Assembly: GCA_963707025.1 (NCBI GenBank)
Contig: CAVPOM010000006.1
Span: 737,191-801,190 of the forward strand
Direction of reading: 5' to 3'
DNA: 64,000 bases
Origin: an uncultured Verrucomicrobiae bacterium
GTDB lineage: Bacteria > Verrucomicrobiota > Verrucomicrobiia > Limisphaerales > Palsa-1400
Shown here: positions 57,409-64,000 of the stretch, piece by piece
How the letters are laid out: the number at the start of each line of letters is the position of its first letter
Numbering within the stretch: the first letter of the stretch is position 1
Program-made: the position numbers and the translations under genes
Notes under the pieces: generated by a model
Database searches by the model: none
The model's input: only the letters and a program-made list of their open reading frames with translations
Told to the model about the DNA's origin: nothing

Positions 57409-59600
57409 TCAGGGAGCCAGATGGACTGCCACCAGCAGCACATCAATCAATTTGATGAAAATGAACGGGACGATGATGCCGCCGATTCCGTAAATGAGCA
57501 TGTTGTTGCGCAAAATCACCGCGGCGCCCAGCGGACGATATTTCACGCCCTTCAAGGCCAGGGGAATCAGCGCCACGATGATCAAGGCGTTGAAAATGAC
57601 TGCCGACAGGATCGCGCTTTGCGGGGAGTGAAGATACATGATATTGAGCTTGTCCAGCGGGCCGCGGCCGCCAACGGTGGTGGCGTAGAGCAGTCCAAAC
57701 ATCGCCGGAAGAATCGCGAAGTATTTTGACACGTCGTTGGCGATGCTGAACGTGGTCAGCGCGCCGCGCGTCATCAGCAATTGTTTGCCGATTTCCACCA
57801 CTTCGATGAGCTTGGTGGGGTTGCTATCCAGGTCCACCATGTTGCCGGCCTCGCGCGCGGCCTGGGTGCCCGTGTTCATGGCCACGCCCACGTCGGCCTG
57901 GGCCAGGGCCGGCGCGTCGTTGGTGCCATCGCCGATCATGGCGATCAATTTGCCGCCTTCCTGCTCCTTGCGGATGCGGGCCAGTTTGTCTTCGGGCTTG
58001 GCTTGGGCGATGAAATCGTCCACGCCCGCCTCGGCGGCGATGGCGGCAGCGGTGAGATTGTTGTCGCCGGTAACCATGATGGTCTTGATGCCCATTTTGC
58101 GCAGCTGGGCGAACCGTTCCTTGATGCCGCCTTTAACGATGTCCTTGAGATGGATGATGCCAAGCGCCTTGCCGCCATCGGCCACGAGCAGCGGGGTCGC
58201 GCCTTGGCGGGAGATTTCGTCAACTTTGTCCATCAGGCTCTTGTGGACCTGGCCGCCGTTCGAGCCGACGTACCGGACGATGGAGTCGGCCGCACCTTTG
58301 CGAATGGAGCGGATGGGATGCGGAGCTCGCCTCCTTTTCAGTTGTGGCCAGTGCGGACACCGAGGACGAACGCCCGGCGAGAACTGATTCCCCTTTCGCT
58401 TTAAGGGAGGGAGTGTGCAAAACTTGCGGCTCGGCGAAGAGGTCAACGCCGCTCATGCGCGTTTGCGCGGTGAACGGGAACGAAGGTGGCGAAATGTATC
58501 GCCGACCTCCCGGCCGCGCAGGCCGTATCTTTCCTTGGCCAAAACCGCGATGGAGCGGCCTTCCGGCGTTTCGTCGGCCAGGGAGGCGAGTTGGGCGGCT
58601 TCGGCCAGTTCTTCGATCTTGACGCCCGGCGCGGGAATGAATTCGGTGGCCTGGCGATTGCCCAGGGTAATGGTGCCGGTCTTGTCCAGCAGCAGCACGT
58701 CCACGTCGCCGGCGGCTTCCACGGCCCGTCCGCTGGTGGCCAGGACATTGCGGCGCATCAGCCGGTCAATGCCGGCGATGCCGATGGCGCTCAGCAAGCC
58801 GCCGATGGTCGTGGGAATCAAACAAACGATCAGCGACAGCAGCACAGGAATGGAGGTCAGCACCACTGCCTTCTGCCCGGCCTGGGCTTCGTTGTAATGG
58901 GCGTAGGGCGGCAGCACAAAGACCACCACGATGAACAGCGCCGTCAGGCTGACCAGCACGATGTTCAGCGCGATCTCGTTGGGGGTCTTCTGCCGTCGCG
59001 CGCCTTCAATCATCTCAATCATGCGGTCAAGGAACGAATGGCCGGCCTCTGCGGTGACGCGCACCACGATCCGGTCGCTGAGCACGCGGGTGCCGCCCGT
59101 CACGGCGCTGCGGTCGCCGCCGCTTTCCCGCACCACGGGCGCGGATTCGCCCGTGATGGCCGATTCATCCACCGTCGCGATGCCCTCGACGATTTCGCCG
59201 TCGGCGGGGATCAACTCCCCGGCTTCGCACACAAACAAGTCGCCCGAATTTCAACTCCGTGCTGGCAGACCTGGACTTCCTTGCCGTTGACCAGCGTGCG
59301 GGCCATGGTCTTGGTGCGCATTTTGCGCAAGGCGTCGGCGTGGGCCTTGCCCCGGCCTTCCGCCATCGCCTCGGCGAAGTTGGCGAACAGGCAGGTGAAC
59401 CAGAGCCAGAAGCAAATCTGGACGTTGAACAGGTTGAACTGGCCGGGCAGGAAGAGAATGACGGTCGTCCAGATGGAGCCCAGCCACACGACGAACATGA
59501 CCAGGTTCTTGATCTCGTCGCGCGGGTGCAGCTTCTTGAAAGCGTCAATCACCGCCTGGCGGAACAACTCCTTGTAATTGAATTCGACTTTAGTGCTCAT
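57409..59600 (-). pseudogene. kdpB: Potassium-transporting P-type ATPase subunit KdpB; several frame changes plus a 124-nt insertion
   Basis: N-terminus [24 protein letters not shown] phosphorylation motif. MVTGDN and [16 protein letters not shown]. The 3' 0.9 kb (57409-58305) is a single clean frame. The 5' 1.3 kb is split over at least 4 fragments. Confidence 0.9.
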
Positions 59601-59632
59601 AATAGATTTTGCTAAACAGCATTGGACTGAGC

Positions 59633-61549
59633 TTAGAACGCTCGGCCCGCCAGCATCAACCCGTGCTCGACAATGGGCCCCAGGCAAAGCGCCGGGAAGA
59701 AGGTCAGCGCGGCGACGACGATGATCACGCCCGTCAAGCGTCAGGCCGAAGGTCCAGCCGTGGGTGGGCAGGGTGCCCGAGGAGGCTTCGACGGTCTTCT
59801 TGGAGGCCAGCCTGCCCGACGATAGCCAGCGCGGCAATAATAGGGATGAATCGTCCAATCCAAATGACAATGCCGGCGCCGATATTGTAGAAGGGCGTGT
59901 TGGCGTTGAGGCCGGCAAAAGCGCTGCCGTTGTTGTTGGCCGCCTCGCCAAAGCAGTAAAGGACCTCGGTCAATCCGTGCGGACCGCCGTTGTTCATGCT
60001 GGACAGGCCTTGCGGCATCATCACGGCCAGAGCCGTCGGGATCAGAGCAGGCGACGTTTGGAATCAGAACGCCGATGACCGCCCAGGTGGCACACCAGGC
60101 GTCGAGTTTCTTGCCCAGATACTCCGGCGTTCGGCCGATCATCAGCCCGGCGATAAACACCGTGATGAGCACATGGAACAACATGCAATACATGCCGCAG
60201 CCGATGCCGCCGAACAGAATCTCGCCAATCAGGATGTTCCACAGCGGCATCATGCCAGCCAGCGGCATCCAGCTATCGTGCATCGAATTGACCGAGCCGT
60301 TGTCAATCGCGGTGCAGGAGGTGCCCCACAGGACGCTGTTCATCACTCCGATCCGTTGTTCCTTGCCTTCCATGTTCGGCATCGCGCCCGCCAGTGACTG
60401 GATTGGGCCGCGTCTCGAAATACCACGCCACTCACGAAGGAGAGCACATACAGCGCGAGCATCACGTAGAACAGGCACCAGGCGTGCTTCTTGTTGCCGA
60501 CCAGCAAGCCGAACATGTAAACCTGCGCCATCGGCACGACGATGATCGCCAGCATCTCCAGGAAGTTGCGTCAACGGCGTGGGATTCTCAAACGGATGCG
60601 AGCTGTTGACGTTGAACCAGCCGCCGCCATTGGTGAAGAGCTGCTTGATGGCCTCGAAGCGAGGCCACGCGGCCCGAGCGGGATGGGCTGGGTCGTCCAC
60701 TTTCGCATCCACCATGACGGGCGCGTTGGTCATGATCGGCTGCGCCTTTCGCATCCACCTGCGGCACATCCACCATCACGGCCACGCCGTTGGTCAGGAC
60801 CGGCTTGCCGTTCGCGTCCAGCTTCGGCGACTGACACGACCAGTTGGATATTGGTCGTCACGTTGTTGCCCTTGTCATCGGTCTTTTGCACCTGGGTGGT
60901 GTACGGCTCCATCAGATTGGCGGTTTGGTAAGGCTTCCAGGTCTGCGGAACGCCCTGCCAGGCAAGCGGAATGGCCCACAGCGCGCAGAGCGGCATGACG
61001 AAATAGAGCAGGCCGCGGGTCATGTCCGTCCAGAAATTGCCGATGGTTTTGACCGAGGCGCGTTTCAAGCGCCCGCCCCACCGCCACCAGCACCGCCAGC
61101 CCCGCCGCGCCGCTGAGAAACTGATGCACCATGATGGCGAAGATTTGCGAAGAAGTAACTCATGGTGGTTTCGCCCGCATAAGACTGCCAATCGGCGTTG
61201 CAAGTGAAACTCCAGGCCTGCATGAACGCCAGGTGCCAGGAGCAGTTGTCCAGACTCCTGCGGATTGAGCGGACGGCCATTTCTGCGTCATGAAGATGGC
61301 CATGTCCGCCACAAAGCCGACTGCCGGCGAAAAGCAGCACCGCCCAGAAGTATTGCAACCAGGTCATCTCCTCCGCTGGGATCAATCCCCGTCAGCCGGT
61401 AAATCAGCTTCTCGATCGGGCGGAAGAATGGGCTGGAGAAACGTTCTCTCGCCCGTATAGACCTTATACATGAAGCGCCCCACCGGCGGCGTCAGCGCGA
61501 TGCCCAGTCCGAAAAATAGCACGATCTGGATAATTTCAATTGTTGTCAT
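59633..61549 (-). pseudogene. kdpA: Potassium-transporting ATPase subunit KdpA; many frame changes
   Basis: N-terminus MTTIEIIQIVLFFGLGIALTPPVGRFMYKVY. EEMTWLQYFWAVLLF, NADWQSYAGETTMSYF, LFTNGGGWFNVNSSHPFENPTPLT, FIAGLMIGRTPEYLGKK, NNNGSAFAGL. C-terminus [16 protein letters not shown]. These are spread over at least 8 ORF fragments. Confidence 0.85.
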
Positions 61550-61846
61550 AATTCAAGTTGCTCAATGTCATTTCAACTGCGGCCAACACCTTGCACACGC
61601 CGTGCCAACCTGGTTCGAAATGTGATAATCAGCTATGAGACAGCCGATTTTTGCATTGGATTCACAGTGCCGCCAGAGGGATTGCGCGGCTATCCGTGGT
61701 CAAAATGCTTAAATTTCAACACGGGTGGCCATGAAGAAACTCAAAGAACCCGTGGAAGTATCAAAATTCCATTAACGCGCCCGCCCGTTCGCGGCGAATA
61801 AACGCTTTTGCAGTGAAGTTCAACTGGAACAGAGGCGGGATTCTGC

Positions 61847-62589
61847 TCAGGCAGCGGCGCTTATCATTGCCGGCGAAGCGGATTCGGGCGAGGTATTCTG
61901 GCCATTCATCGGAAGAAGGAGACGATAGCCGGCGCTGCCTTCGGTTTGGATCGCACTTTCGTTGCCGGCTCCGTTCAACTTTCGGCGGAGACTGCGGATA
62001 TAGACGTGAAGATCGTGAAGTTTGTGTTCCGAGTCTATTCCCCAAACGCAACGGAGCAGATGTTTGCATGTGACCAGTTTTCCGGCATGCCGGGTGAGTA
62101 TGTAAAGCACGGCCTCTTCGGTCGGTGTAAGATCCACTCGGCGACCCCCAAGGGCGACCCGATGGGACATAACGTCCACTTCCAGGCCGCCGTTTATGAA
62201 CAGAGGGCCGTCGGGCTCACACGGCATCGAACGCTGGAGGACGCGCAGACGCGCCAGCAATTCAGAAGCGCCGAAGGGTTTGGTCATATAGTCATTCGCC
62301 CCGCTGTCCAGCCCCGCCACCTTGGTGCTCTCGTCGTCCCGGGCCGACAGAATCAGGACCGGAGCCGGTTCCATTCGCGCAATTGCAGCAGCACGGTGAG
62401 GCCGTCTATATCCGGCAAAGCCAGGTCCAAAATGATCACATCCGGTCGCCGCGCTACTGCTTCTTTAATCCCAGTCTGGCCACACTCGGCTTCATAGACT
62501 TTGTAATGGTGCGGTTCCAGGACGGCGCGCAGCAGGCGTCGGATCGGACGGTCCGCATCTATAAGCAAGGCGGTCGGATTGGGTTTCAT
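61847..62589 (-). pseudogene. OmpR/KdpE-type response regulator; one frame change near 62355-62366
   Basis: Receiver domain MKPNPTALLIDAD...DVIILDLALPDIDG (ORF 62353..62643) joins ...PVLILSARDDESTKVAGLDSGANDYMTKPF and a winged-helix C-domain (ORF 61847..62374). Confidence 0.85.
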
Positions 62590-63019
62590 TGGGCATCCTT
62601 CATGGCGCTTCGCGGGACAGTCATTCGCGGCGTGTAGATTCACACGCCATGGCCCAGTTCGGCGCGGCTGAAACTTCTTTCATGTCACAAATATGAAGCT
62701 GCTTGATCCCGACGGCTAGTAAAAAGCAAAGCAAATCCCGTAAAAAAATTGTAAAAAAGCCGAAAGGACCAGGAGGTCAACACTATCCCGGCTCTTGATA
62801 TTCTTTTTACGCCCTTTGCCCCGCTTTTAATTACCCCGGAAACTGCTCGTGTGACATAGTGCATGCATGAAAAACGCGATGAGCATTTGCAGCACAGAGG
62901 AGCGGTTGGCGGTTGCCGCCCCTTTGAGGCAACCATCGCGTTTTCATGAAGGAACGGCAACACCTGCATTCGGAGTCGAAAACAACCAGGCATCCTCAAC
63001 CTGTCCTGCCTCTTTTTCC

Positions 63020-63994
63020 ATGACGAACGACCTTCAGGTTGGCCAGGTGTTGGATGATCGTTTCAAGATTTTGGCTGTCATCAATCGCGGTGGAATGGCC
63101 TGGATCTACGAGGCCCTGGATCGTCAGACCGGACGATCCGTGGCTCTGAAAGTTCCATTCCTTGAGATGGAATGCGATCCAGGCTTCCTTTCCCGGTTTC
63201 AACGCGAAGAGAATATCGGCCTTACCTTGGACCACCCCTGTATTGTGCATGTTCTGCCTGCCGCGGAAAAGAGCCGGCCCTACATCGTGATGGAACACCT
63301 CGCAGGCCAGACCCTGGCCGCCGTTCTTCGCGAAAAAGCCCCCTTGCCTGAAAGCGAAGCCGTGCGCATCGTCAGCCGGATTTGCGAGGGGCTTGAGTAC
63401 CTGCACCGGAAAGGAGTGGTGCATCGGGACTTGAAGCCGGACAACGTCATCCTCTGCAAGGATGGCACCATTCGCATCATGGATTTTGGCATTGCCAAAT
63501 CCGAACATGTGCGGCGTCTCACGGTTGTCAACTTCCTGGCTGCGATGGGTACGCCCGACTACATCGCGCCGGAGCAGGTCCAGGGAAAGCGCGGTGATGC
63601 CCGGACCGACATTTATGCGCTGGGAGCGATGCTCTACGAAATGACCACGGGCTATCCTCCCTACGACGGCGACAACCCTTATGTCATCATGAATGCCCGC
63701 CTCGCCGGGGATCCCGAAGCGCCCCGCCACCGAAACCCGCGATTATCCCCCGAAATTGAGGAGATTATTTTACACGCCCTTGAACGCAACCCGTCGAAGC
63801 GATTCCCATCCGCTGCCTCCATGAGGGAGGAGTTGAACAACTACAGCGAGGTCCATTTGACGGAACGATCCAAAAGGCTGCTATCTCCCCAACTTTGGAA
63901 AGCACGTTTCCCATGGTTGCCGACAATCGCTGTTTTTGTTGCTCTCCAAATTGCGGTTTTCTTTCTTCTCTCCAGTCTCCTGAGTCAGAAATAG
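63020..63994 (+). CDS. Ser/Thr protein kinase with a C-terminal membrane anchor
   Basis: Probable start MTNDLQVGQ (the ORF extends to 62867). Motifs GGMAWIYEA, VALKV, HRDLKPDNVIL, DFGIAK and GTPDYIAPEQ. C-terminal TM IAVFVALQIAVFFLLSSLL. Confidence 0.85.
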   Translation: MTNDLQVGQVLDDRFKILAVINRGGMAWIYEALDRQTGRSVALKVPFLEMECDPGFLSRFQREENIGLTLDHPCIVHVLPAAEKSRPYIVMEHLAGQTLAAVLREKAPLPESEAVRIVSRICEGLEYLHRKGVVHRDLKPDNVILCKDGTIRIMDFGIAKSEHVRRLTVVNFLAAMGTPDYIAPEQVQGKRGDARTDIYALGAMLYEMTTGYPPYDGDNPYVIMNARLAGDPEAPRHRNPRLSPEIEEIILHALERNPSKRFPSAASMREELNNYSEVHLTERSKRLLSPQLWKARFPWLPTIAVFVALQIAVFFLLSSLLSQK

Positions 63995-64000
63995 ATTGCA

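Noticed and set aside
61595-61620. tRNA-like GGTTCGAA (T-loop-like) motif
   Set aside because: The flanking bases (cctgg / tgtga) cannot form a T-stem and no acceptor stem is present.
61550-61846. Riboswitch (for example c-di-AMP type) in the kdpA leader
   Set aside because: I could not recognise conserved riboswitch elements by eye. A covariance-model scan (Rfam/Infernal) would be needed. No claim is made.

Overview
High-GC bacterial chromosome segment (hand-counted lines about 60-73% GC) with no rRNA, tRNA, CRISPR, transposase, integrase or phage genes that I can support. PEP-CTERM and HAF-repeat proteins, an ECF sigma factor next to a Ser/Thr kinase, and T2SS/T4P-like genes suggest Verrucomicrobiota or a related PVC/Acidobacteria-type lineage; this is inference only. 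Gene content in order: (1) Pat-like acyl-CoA synthetase/GNAT. (2) A formate-hydrogenlyase-like group 4 [NiFe]-hydrogenase operon, 2.2-14.4 kb: FdhF-like, AsrA/HydB-like, AsrB/HydG-like, HycI, HyfB, HycE, an embedded PEP-CTERM gene, HycD, HycF, HycG, HypA, HypB. (3) ilvB. (4) A minus-strand DeoR/E1/E2/E3 2-oxoacid (acetoin/pyruvate-type) dehydrogenase operon. (5) A sugar-phosphate operon: PHP-like, MDR dehydrogenase, SrlD-like SDR, class II aldolase. (6) PIN-PhoH ATPase, GST-like protein, AI-2E transporter. (7) zwf-pgl. (8) glnB-amtB behind a sigma-54-type promoter. (9) A giant Ser/Thr kinase-FGE-hydrolase fusion, a HAF-repeat protein and an ECF sigma factor. (10) pdxH, GH2, apgM, MFS. (11) A gspE/pilB, pilMN-like, pilO-like, secretin cluster. 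(12) Small proteins and a DNA methyltransferase relic. (13) An OmpR-type regulator with kdpABC, then a second Ser/Thr kinase. Signals most worth a second look: the unusual module composition of the hydrogenase operon; an AT-rich hexanucleotide repeat family, (CYTAAT)n/(ATTAAG)n, that forms an inverted pair between hyfB and hycE and recurs upstream of gspE; and a very uneven distribution of reading-frame interruptions. About 13 of roughly 50 genes are interrupted, with three indel-dense islands at about 16.6-21.2 kb, 30.7-31.9 kb and 58.3-62.4 kb. I cannot tell from sequence alone whether those interruptions are real pseudogenisation or consensus errors. All coordinates and motifs come from hand reading of the sequence and the supplied ORF track. 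No database search was run.
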